Assembly: GCA_028279805.1 (NCBI GenBank)
Contig: JANQMZ010000007.1
Location: 150,001 to 182,000, forward strand
DNA length: 32,000 nucleotides
Source of the DNA: an archaeon
Lineage (GTDB): Archaea > Iainarchaeota > Iainarchaeia > Iainarchaeales > JANQMZ01
Reading direction: 5' to 3'
This document shows positions 8,938-17,062 of this stretch, in pieces (positions within the stretch are counted from its first letter, which is position 1; each line of letters begins with the position of its first letter). The position numbers were made by a program, and so were the translations under genes. Under the pieces are notes generated by a model. That model was not told the DNA's origin and ran no database searches. It was given only the letters and a program-made list of their open reading frames with translations.

Positions 8938-9846
8938 ATGGCTGGCAAAAAAAAGAAAAAACCAAAAACAAAACTTTTAATTATTGGTTCAAAAAAATAC
9001 AAAAAAAGCACTGTTAAAATGTTATTAGAGGAAGGAAGAAAAAAATTTGACTCAGTTGTTTTTGCTCCCGTGCACAAAATAAGAATAATTGAAGAAAAAG
9101 GCGAATCAAAGCTTTATTATAAGGAAAAAAATTTGAAAAATTTTGACATTGTTTACCCGCGCTTGTCAAGCTTAGATTTTTTCATGGCTGAACCTATTCT
9201 GCAAATTTTGTCAAAATCAAAAGCTTATTGCCCTGTTTCCCTAAAAGGGTTTCAGGTGTCAAACAACAAATATTTAACGATTAAATCCTTAACAGGCAAA
9301 AATGTGCCCATAACTTTAACTTCTTTGTCAATTTCACCAAAAGTTGTAAAGCAAACTGTTGAAAGTTTTGGTTTTCCAGTTGTATTAAAACTAATCTCAG
9401 GTTTTGCCGGAAAAGGAGTAATGCTTGTAAACAGGGAACAGGAATTACAGGCAATTCTGGACACAGTTCACTTGTTTGAACATGTTGTTTCAGCTCAAAA
9501 ATTTATAGAATCAAAAGGCACGGATTTAAGGTGTTATGTTACCGGAAACAAAGTCATAACGGTTGAAAGAAAAAGTGCAGGAGATGATTTCCGGGCAAAC
9601 ATTTCAAGAGGCGGTTCTGCAAAACAAATTAAAACATCCCCTGAACTTGAAAAAATAGCCTTAACTGTTTCAAAATCTTTAAACATGGACATATGTGCTG
9701 TTGACTTTATCAAAACAAGTGAAACAAAAGAAGGATTTATTGTAATTGAAATAAATTTTGTTCCCGGCCCTTTTAGAAAATTTTTAGGAAACAAAATAGT
9801 AAAAGACTGGATTAATTTTCTGCATTCAAAAATTGAAACAGCTTAA
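8938..9846 (+). CDS. RimK-family ATP-grasp alpha-L-glutamate ligase homolog
   Basis: 302 aa. Motifs present are FPVVLKLISGFAGKGVMLV, RCYVTGNKVITVERKSAGDDFRANISRGGSA and ICAVDFIKT...GFIVIEINFVPG, which give an intact ATP-grasp signature. Confidence 0.8.
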   Translation: MAGKKKKKPKTKLLIIGSKKYKKSTVKMLLEEGRKKFDSVVFAPVHKIRIIEEKGESKLYYKEKNLKNFDIVYPRLSSLDFFMAEPILQILSKSKAYCPVSLKGFQVSNNKYLTIKSLTGKNVPITLTSLSISPKVVKQTVESFGFPVVLKLISGFAGKGVMLVNREQELQAILDTVHLFEHVVSAQKFIESKGTDLRCYVTGNKVITVERKSAGDDFRANISRGGSAKQIKTSPELEKIALTVSKSLNMDICAVDFIKTSETKEGFIVIEINFVPGPFRKFLGNKIVKDWINFLHSKIETA

Positions 9847-9851
9847 CAGAA

Positions 9852-11117
9852 TCATTTCTCTTCAATTGTTTCATTTCTCTGCGGACCAATTGAAACAATT
9901 TTTACAGGCAAACCTGTTTCTTTCTCAATAAACTCAATATATTCCAAAGCTTCTTTTGGCAACTCTTCCTTTTTTTTAAAAATATTATTTATTTCAAAGC
10001 CTTTGAATGTTTTGTAAACAGGTTCACATCCTTCAATACTCTGAATTGATGTAGGAGAATCTTTTAACATTTTTTTTCCGCACTTGTATTCAACGCATAC
10101 CTTTATTTCATCCAATCCTGACAAAACATCAAGCTTTGTTAACGCAATTTCAGTCAAGCCATTTAATCTTTTTGACGTTCTGATCATTGGCAAATCAAGC
10201 CAGCCAACCCGTCTTGGCCTGCCGGTTGTAGTGCCAAATTCTCCGCCTTTTTCCCTCAATTTTTCTCCCAAATCGTTTTTTAATTCTGTTAAAAAAGGCC
10301 CTTCCCCGACTCTTGTAGTGTAAGCTTTTACAACTCCTACAACGCTTTTAAGTTTTTGAAAACCTATTCCTGTGCCAATTGTTGCAGAACCTGCAACAGG
10401 ATTTGAACTTGTTACAAAAGGGTAAGTGCCAAAATTTATGTCCAGAAAAGAACCCTGCGCTCCTTCAAAAAAAACTTTTTTGTTTTTTTGCAAAGCTTCA
10501 TGCACTTCAATTGAAACATCTGAGACAAATTGTTTCAATTTTTCTCCAATCGGTGCATATTCTTCAAATATTTCTTCTTCTGTCGGCGTTTCAACTTCAA
10601 AAACTTTTTCCAAAATTTGTCTTTTCAAAGGATAATGTTTTTTCAAATTTGCCTTAAACCTTTTTTTGTCAATTAATTCTTCAAATCTTATTCCCGTTCT
10701 TGCAGCTTTATCAGAATAACAAGGCCCAATTCCCCTGCTCGTTGTTCCAATTTTTTCCTTTCCTTTACTTTTTTCACTTGAAGTGTCAAGCAAAATATGG
10801 TAAGGCATTATTATATGGCATCTTGGATCTACGCCCAGGTCAATTTTTCCGATTGTTTTTTGGGCTATTTCAATTTCTTTAAGCAAAACTTTGGGGTTAA
10901 CCACAACGCCTGCACCAATCAATGAACGTTTTTTGTCAACAACGCCTGACGGGAGCAAATGCAGCTTGAATGTCTTGTTGTCAACAATAACAGTATGCCC
11001 TGCATTGTCTCCTCCCTGAAATCTTACCACAATATCCGCTTTATCTGAAAAATAATCGGTTATTTTGCCTTTTCCTTCATCTCCCCACTGGGTTCCGACA
11101 ATTATTTTTCCGCCCAT
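9852..11117 (-). CDS. purA: Adenylosuccinate synthetase
   Basis: 421 aa. Motifs present are GTQWGDEGKGKITDY, GGDNAGHTV, IGTTSRGIGPCY and TTGRPRRVGWLD. Confidence 0.95.
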   Translation of the reverse strand: MGGKIIVGTQWGDEGKGKITDYFSDKADIVVRFQGGDNAGHTVIVDNKTFKLHLLPSGVVDKKRSLIGAGVVVNPKVLLKEIEIAQKTIGKIDLGVDPRCHIIMPYHILLDTSSEKSKGKEKIGTTSRGIGPCYSDKAARTGIRFEELIDKKRFKANLKKHYPLKRQILEKVFEVETPTEEEIFEEYAPIGEKLKQFVSDVSIEVHEALQKNKKVFFEGAQGSFLDINFGTYPFVTSSNPVAGSATIGTGIGFQKLKSVVGVVKAYTTRVGEGPFLTELKNDLGEKLREKGGEFGTTTGRPRRVGWLDLPMIRTSKRLNGLTEIALTKLDVLSGLDEIKVCVEYKCGKKMLKDSPTSIQSIEGCEPVYKTFKGFEINNIFKKKEELPKEALEYIEFIEKETGLPVKIVSIGPQRNETIEEK

Positions 11118-11144
11118 TTATTCCCCAGAAAGAGAACATAACAC

Positions 11145-11157
11145 TAAATTTTTAAAA
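11145..11157. promoter_or_regulatory. Symmetric TATA-like box (TAAATTTTTAAAA) in the 60-bp purA/guaB divergent intergenic region
   Basis: It is the only strong A/T box between the two start codons, with its centre about 27 nt from the guaB ATG and about 34 nt from the purA ATG. The call rests on position alone. Confidence 0.3.
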
Positions 11158-11177
11158 CATTCTAATAAGTGATTATT

Positions 11178-12605
11178 ATGGAGCAAAGCTTAACTTTTGA
11201 TGATGTTCTTCTTTTGCCTGGGTACAGCAAGATTCTGCCCAAAGACGTTTCACTGAAAACAAAGCTTACAAAAAAAATCAGCTTAAACATTCCTCTTATT
11301 TCTGCCGCGATGGACACTGTTACAGAATATGAAACGGCTGTCAGCATGGCACAACAAGGCGGCATCGGAATAATTCACAAAAACATGTCAATTGCAGAAC
11401 AGGCTGCACAAGTCAAAAAAGTTAAAAGAAAAGAATTTTTGATTGTAACAGATCCGGTAACAGTTTCGCCTGATACAACTCTGGCAAAATTAAAAGAATT
11501 AAAAATAAAAAAAGGAGTTTCAACTTTTCCTGTTTTAAAAAACAATAAAGTTGTTGGAATAATAACATCAAGAGATGTTGAATTTGTTTCCGATTTGAAT
11601 AAAAAAGTAAAAAATTTTATGACAAAAAAAGTTGTAAGTGTTAAAAGCAAAATCAGCACAAAAAAAGCAAAACAATTATTGCAAAAACATAAAATTGAAA
11701 AACTTTTAATAATTGATTCAAAAAAAAGATTAAAAGGCCTGATTACCGCATCCGATATTGAAAAAACTGAAATGTTTCCTGATGCTGCAAAAGATTCAAA
11801 AGGAAGATTATTAGTCGGAGCTGCAGTTGGTCCCATGGATGATGAAAGGGCAAAAGCATTGGTTGCAGCAGACGCCGATGTAATTGTTATAGATACAGCA
11901 CACGGCCATTCAAAAAATGTTATAAGCGCGGTTAAAAGGTTTAAGAAAAAATTTAAAGTGCAGATTATTGCAGGAAATGTTGCAACCGGACAAGGTGCAA
12001 AAGCTTTAATGAAGGCCGGGGCAGACGCAGTGAAAATAGGTGTCGGGCCCGGAGCCATATGTACAACAAGAATCATTTCAGGAGTTGGAGTGCCGCAAAT
12101 TTCCGCAATAAAAGAATGTGTTAAAGCTGTTAAAGGCAAAATACCGGTGATTGCAGACGGAGGCATCAAATATTCAGGAGATATAACAAAAGCTTTAGCT
12201 ACAGGTGCAAATTCTGTTATGACCGGCTCTCTTTTTGCAGGCTGTGATGAAACGCCTGGTGAAATTATTTACATGAACAACAGAAAATTTAAGCAATACA
12301 GGGGAATGGGTTCAATAAGTGCAATGAAAAAAGGTTCAAAAGACAGGTATGGCCAAAAACATGTCATTGAAGAAAAAAAATTAGTGCCAGAAGGAATTGA
12401 AGGCACAGTACCATACAAGGGAAAAATTTCTGAAATTATTTTTCAAATGCTCGGCGGCTTAAGAGCCGGAATGGGCATGACAGGCTCTGAAAACATTGAA
12501 CAGTTAAGAAAAAAAACAAAAATGGTTCAGATTACACAAGCATCATTGCAGGAAAGCCATCCCCATTCGGTTCAAATAACATCACAATCACCAAACTATC
12601 CTTAA
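11178..12605 (+). CDS. guaB: IMP dehydrogenase with CBS pair
   Basis: Motifs present are LTFDDVLLLPGYS, ISAAMDTVTE, GIGIIHKN, VIVIDTAHGHS, VGVGPGAICTTR and GGIKYSGDI. I prefer the ATG at 11178 over the GTG at 11169. Confidence 0.95.
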   Translation: MEQSLTFDDVLLLPGYSKILPKDVSLKTKLTKKISLNIPLISAAMDTVTEYETAVSMAQQGGIGIIHKNMSIAEQAAQVKKVKRKEFLIVTDPVTVSPDTTLAKLKELKIKKGVSTFPVLKNNKVVGIITSRDVEFVSDLNKKVKNFMTKKVVSVKSKISTKKAKQLLQKHKIEKLLIIDSKKRLKGLITASDIEKTEMFPDAAKDSKGRLLVGAAVGPMDDERAKALVAADADVIVIDTAHGHSKNVISAVKRFKKKFKVQIIAGNVATGQGAKALMKAGADAVKIGVGPGAICTTRIISGVGVPQISAIKECVKAVKGKIPVIADGGIKYSGDITKALATGANSVMTGSLFAGCDETPGEIIYMNNRKFKQYRGMGSISAMKKGSKDRYGQKHVIEEKKLVPEGIEGTVPYKGKISEIIFQMLGGLRAGMGMTGSENIEQLRKKTKMVQITQASLQESHPHSVQITSQSPNYP

Positions 12606-12653
12606 AACCGTGTTAACCCAACACTTTTATTTATTTTTAACAACATTTTTTAC

Positions 12654-13316
12654 ATGCCTGAAAGTTTTTTGGACTGGGATTCAGGAATAAAAAAAATTTG
12701 CACCAAAATCTCTTCTCTTGCAGAGCAAAAAAATCCCATTATAATAGGAATTACAGGGCCAAGTTGTGCCGGCAAAACAACAATTTCAAAAATTGTTTCA
12801 CAAAAAGTCAACGGTTCCTTGTTGTCAATGGATGATTATTATAAAGAACGGCAAAAAAATGAATATCATAAAAAACTGCAAAAAACTCCTGTTAAAAATT
12901 TTGATTCACCTGATTCAGTTGACATTAAACTTTTTGCAGAACATTTATATCTTTTATTAAACAAAAAAACAATAAAAAAACCTGTGTACGATTTTACAAT
13001 CAGCAACAGAACCGGTTTTGAATCGTTCAGTTCAAATAATATAATAATAACTGAGGGTTTATTTGTTTTCAACCCTGAAATTTCCAAATTTTTAGATTTA
13101 AAAATTTTTTTGGATGCTCCCCGAAATTTAAGGCTTGAAAGAAAAATTGAAAGAGATGTTTTTGAAAGAAACAGAACCAAAGAATACGCTTTAAACCAGT
13201 TTTTGGATAACACTGAACCGTTTGAAAAAAAACACATTTACCCTTTTAAAAAACACGCCGATATTTTAATTCAAAACATAAAAAATTCTGTCTTGACAGA
13301 TAACAATAACATATAA
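12654..13316 (+). CDS. udk: Uridine kinase / phosphoribulokinase-family nucleoside kinase
   Basis: It has the P-loop IIGITGPSCAGKTTISK, followed by LSMDDYYK and IIITEGLFVF, as in Udk-family kinases. Confidence 0.7.
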   Translation: MPESFLDWDSGIKKICTKISSLAEQKNPIIIGITGPSCAGKTTISKIVSQKVNGSLLSMDDYYKERQKNEYHKKLQKTPVKNFDSPDSVDIKLFAEHLYLLLNKKTIKKPVYDFTISNRTGFESFSSNNIIITEGLFVFNPEISKFLDLKIFLDAPRNLRLERKIERDVFERNRTKEYALNQFLDNTEPFEKKHIYPFKKHADILIQNIKNSVLTDNNNI

Positions 13317-13386
13317 ATACTACTTTTTGCTTCATTTTAGCGATTTTTATGCCCCAGAATCTAAAAAATTCTGTCTTGACAGATAA
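13279..13386 (+). repeat. 25-nt perfect direct repeat (TAAAAAATTCTGTCTTGACAGATAA) at 13279-13303 and 13362-13386, period 83 nt
   Basis: Read directly from the sequence. Copy 1 encodes KNSVLTDN at the C-terminus of the udk-like gene. Copy 2 encodes KNSVLTDN at the N-terminus of the next ORF. Confidence 0.9.
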
Positions 13387-13663
13387 TACTAATCTTACCG
13401 ATGTGGAAAAAGAAATTTTTGAACTGGTTTTTCACAACTGGCCTTCAACCGCATTGGAAATTGCTGAACATTTTAAGGAAGATTTGTCAACACGTGAAGC
13501 TAAAACTCGTGCTTCAACTAAATATTCTTATTATTTGAAAAAACTGGTTGAAAAAAAGTTTTTGTTCTCAAAAAAAGCCGGCAATGCTTTAATTGTCTGG
13601 CCGATTGAAGTTGAAAAATATCGAACAATGCATAACATTTTCAGGGGCGATATTGATGCTTAA
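13349..13663 (+). CDS. Small winged-helix DNA-binding protein
   Basis: 104 aa. EKEIFELVFHNWPSTALEIAEHF...YYLKKLVEKKFLFSKKAGNALIVWP has a helix-turn-helix plus wing layout. It shares the x-W-P-(L)-S/T-x-x-E-I signature with the N-domains of the five paralogs at 17063-21312. Confidence 0.6.
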   Translation: MPQNLKNSVLTDNTNLTDVEKEIFELVFHNWPSTALEIAEHFKEDLSTREAKTRASTKYSYYLKKLVEKKFLFSKKAGNALIVWPIEVEKYRTMHNIFRGDIDA

Positions 13664-14225
13664 CCAGTTTTTTGACAAGTTTATTTTTACAAACGGCATT
13701 AAATACAAGCATTCAAATTTTTTTCTGCACGAAATTCCTTTTTTGATAATGCCTGTTGATTTAATGATTGGCATTGTTGGCAATGAAAATGAAGAATTTC
13801 AACGCGAGTTGTATTATTCTGTTAAAGAATCAGTGAAAAAAAATCTGGTTAAAAGGTTTGGAATTAATTTTAAGTTTGATGAAAAGCAAAAATTTGTTCA
13901 ATTTTTGGAAAAGTTTTTTGTCGCATCCGGTTGGGGTGATATTCATAATGTTGACATTGATTTTGAAAAAAAACGCGCATTGTTAAACTTGAATCATAAT
14001 CCTTTTTCCTCTCATGTCAAACCCAAACCAAAAAATCCGGCGGACCATTTAATGCGCGGAATTTTAGCCGGCATTTTTTCTTTTGCTTTTGATTCCGACA
14101 TTGAATGTGTTGAAGTTGAATGCCTGATTAAAGGAGATAACAGATGTGAATTTGTTTTGCAAAGGCCTAAAGAACTGGATCTGGAAAAAGAAACAACCAG
14201 GAGGCAAATCAGGTTAAAAATTTAA
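13656..14225 (+). CDS. V4R (4-vinyl reductase-type) small-molecule-binding domain protein
   Basis: The C-terminal signature is HLMRGILAGIFSFAF...ECVEVECLIKGDNRCEFVL (C-x7-C-E-F). I prefer the ATG at 13656, which overlaps the upstream stop as ATGCTTAA and gives 189 aa, the same length as the second V4R protein. Confidence 0.7.
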   Translation: MLNQFFDKFIFTNGIKYKHSNFFLHEIPFLIMPVDLMIGIVGNENEEFQRELYYSVKESVKKNLVKRFGINFKFDEKQKFVQFLEKFFVASGWGDIHNVDIDFEKKRALLNLNHNPFSSHVKPKPKNPADHLMRGILAGIFSFAFDSDIECVEVECLIKGDNRCEFVLQRPKELDLEKETTRRQIRLKI

Positions 14226-14310
14226 TTTTTTGCCAAAAATTTGGTTTTTGAATTAAAAGCAAGTTTTTTATAGCAGAAATGGCATTATTAATCAATTTAA
14301 AGGTGTACAA

Positions 14311-15057
14311 ATGAACAGAAGTCAAACAGGAATTGAAGGATTGGATAAGGCTTTAAACGGCGGTATTCCTGAAAAAAACATTGTTTTGGTTTCAGGCGGA
14401 GCCGGAACAGGTAAATCCACTTTGTGCTTGCAGTATTTGATTAATGGTGCTTCAAAATTTAACGAAAAAGGCTTATACATCAGCACCGAGCAAAGCGATA
14501 AGGAATTAAAAAAACAGGCAGCCGGTTTTGGCTGGGACCTAGAAAAACTTGAGAAAGAGGGCAAAATCAAGCTTGCTTATTTTGATGTTACAGGTGGTGA
14601 CAGTTTTATGAAAAGAATTCAGGAATTGTTTGACGAATTCAAGCCTCAAAGAATTGCTGTTGACTCTTTAACAACTTTAACAGATTCTTTAATGATTTCC
14701 GACATGACAGATGAAACTTCTTTTTCTCTGGTTCAGGTAGCTGAATCTGTTTCACCAATTCCAAGAACAGAACAAGTCATAGCAAAAACAATTTTATACA
14801 AATTAATCAAAGAAATCAGAGAATTTGGAGTAACAACGCTTATGACATCTGAATTATTTGAAGGAATTACTAGGCTAAGTGCCGACGGTGTCAGCGAGTT
14901 TATAACTGATGGTGTTTTTTTACTTTATTATTGGGAAATTGGAGAAGTAGAAGAACACGCTATGAAAATAAGAAAAATGAGATATACAAAGCATGAAAAA
15001 GGAGTGATGAGATATTCGATAGAAAACGGAATCACGTTAAAGAAGGAAAATGAATAA
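14311..15057 (+). CDS. Single-domain KaiC/RecA-superfamily ATPase
   Basis: GIEGLDKALNGGIPEKNIVLVSGGAGTGKSTLCLQYL contains Walker A, and RIAVDSLT is Walker B. The 248-aa length is typical of archaeal KaiC-like ATPases. An AAAGGTG ribosome-binding site lies upstream. Confidence 0.8.
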   Translation: MNRSQTGIEGLDKALNGGIPEKNIVLVSGGAGTGKSTLCLQYLINGASKFNEKGLYISTEQSDKELKKQAAGFGWDLEKLEKEGKIKLAYFDVTGGDSFMKRIQELFDEFKPQRIAVDSLTTLTDSLMISDMTDETSFSLVQVAESVSPIPRTEQVIAKTILYKLIKEIREFGVTTLMTSELFEGITRLSADGVSEFITDGVFLLYYWEIGEVEEHAMKIRKMRYTKHEKGVMRYSIENGITLKKENE

Positions 15058-15060
15058 ATT

Positions 15061-15630
15061 ATGGATATTTTAAAAAAATTGTTAATGATGAAGGAAATCC
15101 GATTTGAAGAAGGTGTGATTACCTTGCTTAACAATCGAACCGTTATGAATTCCATATCTCTTCCTGTTGGAATAGGAATATTTTTGGAAAAAAACCCTGA
15201 GATGATTCCAAAAATTTATGAAGAAATTAAAGAGGAACATAGAAGAGGTTGGGGTAAAACAATTGATGAAAAATATAAAATGAAACCAATAGAGTATTTG
15301 AATGAAATGTTTGAAACAAGTAATTTAGCAGGCTGGGGGAAAACCGAATTTGTTGATTTTGACGAATCAAACACAAAAGGGACTTTTAGGACACTGAGGG
15401 CCCCTATTGCCGAGGCACTAAAGGGAAAAGCAAAATTACCAACTGAACATTTATGGAGAGGAATGGCTGCAGGAACTGCTAGTGTTATTTTTAAAAAAAA
15501 TTTAGATTTTATTGAAACAAAATGTCTTGCTTTAGGTTCTAATTATTGTGAATATAAATTTTTTCCTAGAAAAAAAGTCACAAGTGAAATAAAAAAAGAG
15601 TTTGGTTATCAAGTTAATTTTAATATTTAG
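15061..15630 (+). CDS. V4R domain protein (second copy)
   Basis: 189 aa. The signature HLWRGMAAGTASVIF...ETKCLALGSNYCEYKF is C-x7-C-E-Y. It starts 3 nt after the KaiC-like stop. Confidence 0.7.
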   Translation: MDILKKLLMMKEIRFEEGVITLLNNRTVMNSISLPVGIGIFLEKNPEMIPKIYEEIKEEHRRGWGKTIDEKYKMKPIEYLNEMFETSNLAGWGKTEFVDFDESNTKGTFRTLRAPIAEALKGKAKLPTEHLWRGMAAGTASVIFKKNLDFIETKCLALGSNYCEYKFFPRKKVTSEIKKEFGYQVNFNI

Positions 15631-15638
15631 GCGATAGC

Positions 15639-16235
15639 TTGGATTTTTTAAACATTGAAACAAAATGTGTATATTCTCACGTAAAAAATTATTTTAAGAA
15701 TTCCAAAAATCAAGATCCTGCTCACGGTTTAGACCATTTAATAAGAGTGTACAAAAATGGAATGTTAATTTCAAATAATAAAGAAATTAATTTTAAAATC
15801 TTAGAACCTTCACTGTTGTTACATGATATTGTCAAACCATTAGGAAAAAATAAAGTACTAAATTTAACACTTAAAAAATCTAAAGAAATATTGTCTAATT
15901 GCAAATATAATTCTGAGCAAATTAGAGAAATATTATATACAATTGAAACACACAGTAGAAGTGATTTAAGAATTAAACCTAAGACCTTAGAAGGAAAAAT
16001 AGTTTATGATGCTGATAAAATAGATGGTGTTGGGCAAATTGGAATAAATCGAGTTAAAAAAATGGGCAAAAAATTAAATTGGACAGAACAAAAAATGGCC
16101 ACATGGTATAAAAAAAGAATTTTAGATGTTGTAGAAAATGAACCTTTTTATTTTAAAAAAAGCAAAAAAATAGCAAACCAAAGAATTGATCTTTCTTTGG
16201 AATGGTGTGAAAAAATCTTGCTCAAGAAAACATAA
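15639..16235 (+). CDS. HD-domain metal-dependent phosphohydrolase
   Basis: The motifs HGLDHLIRV ... LLLHDIVK ... IETHS ... YDADKIDGVGQIGINR give the H...HD...D pattern. It has a TTG start 8 nt after the V4R stop. Confidence 0.75.
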   Translation: MDFLNIETKCVYSHVKNYFKNSKNQDPAHGLDHLIRVYKNGMLISNNKEINFKILEPSLLLHDIVKPLGKNKVLNLTLKKSKEILSNCKYNSEQIREILYTIETHSRSDLRIKPKTLEGKIVYDADKIDGVGQIGINRVKKMGKKLNWTEQKMATWYKKRILDVVENEPFYFKKSKKIANQRIDLSLEWCEKILLKKT

Positions 16236-16327
16236 TCTTGTGTTTCAGAGCGTTAACAGAATAAATAAATATGACAATTAATATATTCCGTATGTTGTTG
16301 ATTTTATTTGAAATAATGGGTGTGTGA

Positions 16328-17005
16328 ATGGGCAGACATGTTTTAATAATTCCTGATGGAAACAGAAGATACGCTAGACATCATGGTATGAGTAATGAAC
16401 AGGTTTATGCTTTTGTTGCCAAAAAGACAACTGTTGATTTGATGAAATATTTTTTAATCGATAGAGAATTTTCTGATTTTAGTATTTTTTTGTTGTCTAG
16501 AAGTAATTTAACTAGAAGAAGAAACGAGGAAGTTGATCCCATTATTGAAGCTCAGCAAAGAATGTGTTATGATTTAATGGATGATCCTTTTTTTGAAGAA
16601 AAAAACATAAAGTTTAATGTTTATGGAGATATGAGTATTTTGCCTGGGAGATATAGAAGAGCTTTAAAAAGATTGGTTGAAAAATCGGAACATAGAGTTG
16701 GTAAAAATTGTAATTTTTTGGTTGCTTATGATGGAACTTATGAACTGATTAGTGCAGTTAAAAAAATTAATGGAGATTTTGAAAAAATAAATGAATCAAA
16801 TTTTTACAATTATTTAGATTTAAATAAATCTGTAGATTTACTTATAAGGACTGGTTTTGAAAAAAGGCTTTCAGGTGCTCCATTGCCTCAAACATCTTTT
16901 TCAGAACTTTATTTTGCAAGTTTTTATTATCCCCAATTTACTGTTGAAAAAGCTGAGGCAATAATAAAAGAATTTGACAAAAGAGACAGAAGATTCGGAA
17001 AATAA
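16328..17005 (+). CDS. uppS: cis-Prenyltransferase (undecaprenyl-diphosphate synthase family)
   Basis: The motifs LIIPDGNRRYA, DLLIRTGFEKRLSG and C-terminal RRFGK match the UppS family signature. Confidence 0.85.
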   Translation: MGRHVLIIPDGNRRYARHHGMSNEQVYAFVAKKTTVDLMKYFLIDREFSDFSIFLLSRSNLTRRRNEEVDPIIEAQQRMCYDLMDDPFFEEKNIKFNVYGDMSILPGRYRRALKRLVEKSEHRVGKNCNFLVAYDGTYELISAVKKINGDFEKINESNFYNYLDLNKSVDLLIRTGFEKRLSGAPLPQTSFSELYFASFYYPQFTVEKAEAIIKEFDKRDRRFGK

Positions 17006-17006
17006 G

Positions 17007-17032
17007 AAAATCAACCATTTGGTTGATTTTTT
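17007..17032. promoter_or_regulatory. Palindromic element A (AAAATCAACC-ATTT-GGTTGATTTT, then a T-run)
   Basis: It has 10-nt perfect inverted arms. It sits 2 nt after the uppS stop, so it could act as a hairpin-plus-T terminator, and about 30 nt upstream of the first paralog ATG. The arms recur at 21461-21500 and 22969-23008. Confidence 0.5.
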
Positions 17033-17062
17033 AAGCTTTTTGTTGCCATAAAGATAAACAGG

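Noticed and set aside
11375-12169. 264-aa minus-strand ORF antisense to guaB
   Set aside because: It has no recognisable motifs and is an Ala/Thr/Phe-rich mirror of the IMPDH frame. The guaB assignment is secure.
13593-13655. Longer start (13593) for the first V4R gene, overlapping the wHTH gene by 71 nt
   Set aside because: The extra N-terminus (MSGRLKLKNIEQCITFSGAIL) is the wHTH gene read in another frame. The ATG at 13656 gives the usual 8-nt coupled overlap and a 189-aa product equal in length to the second V4R protein.
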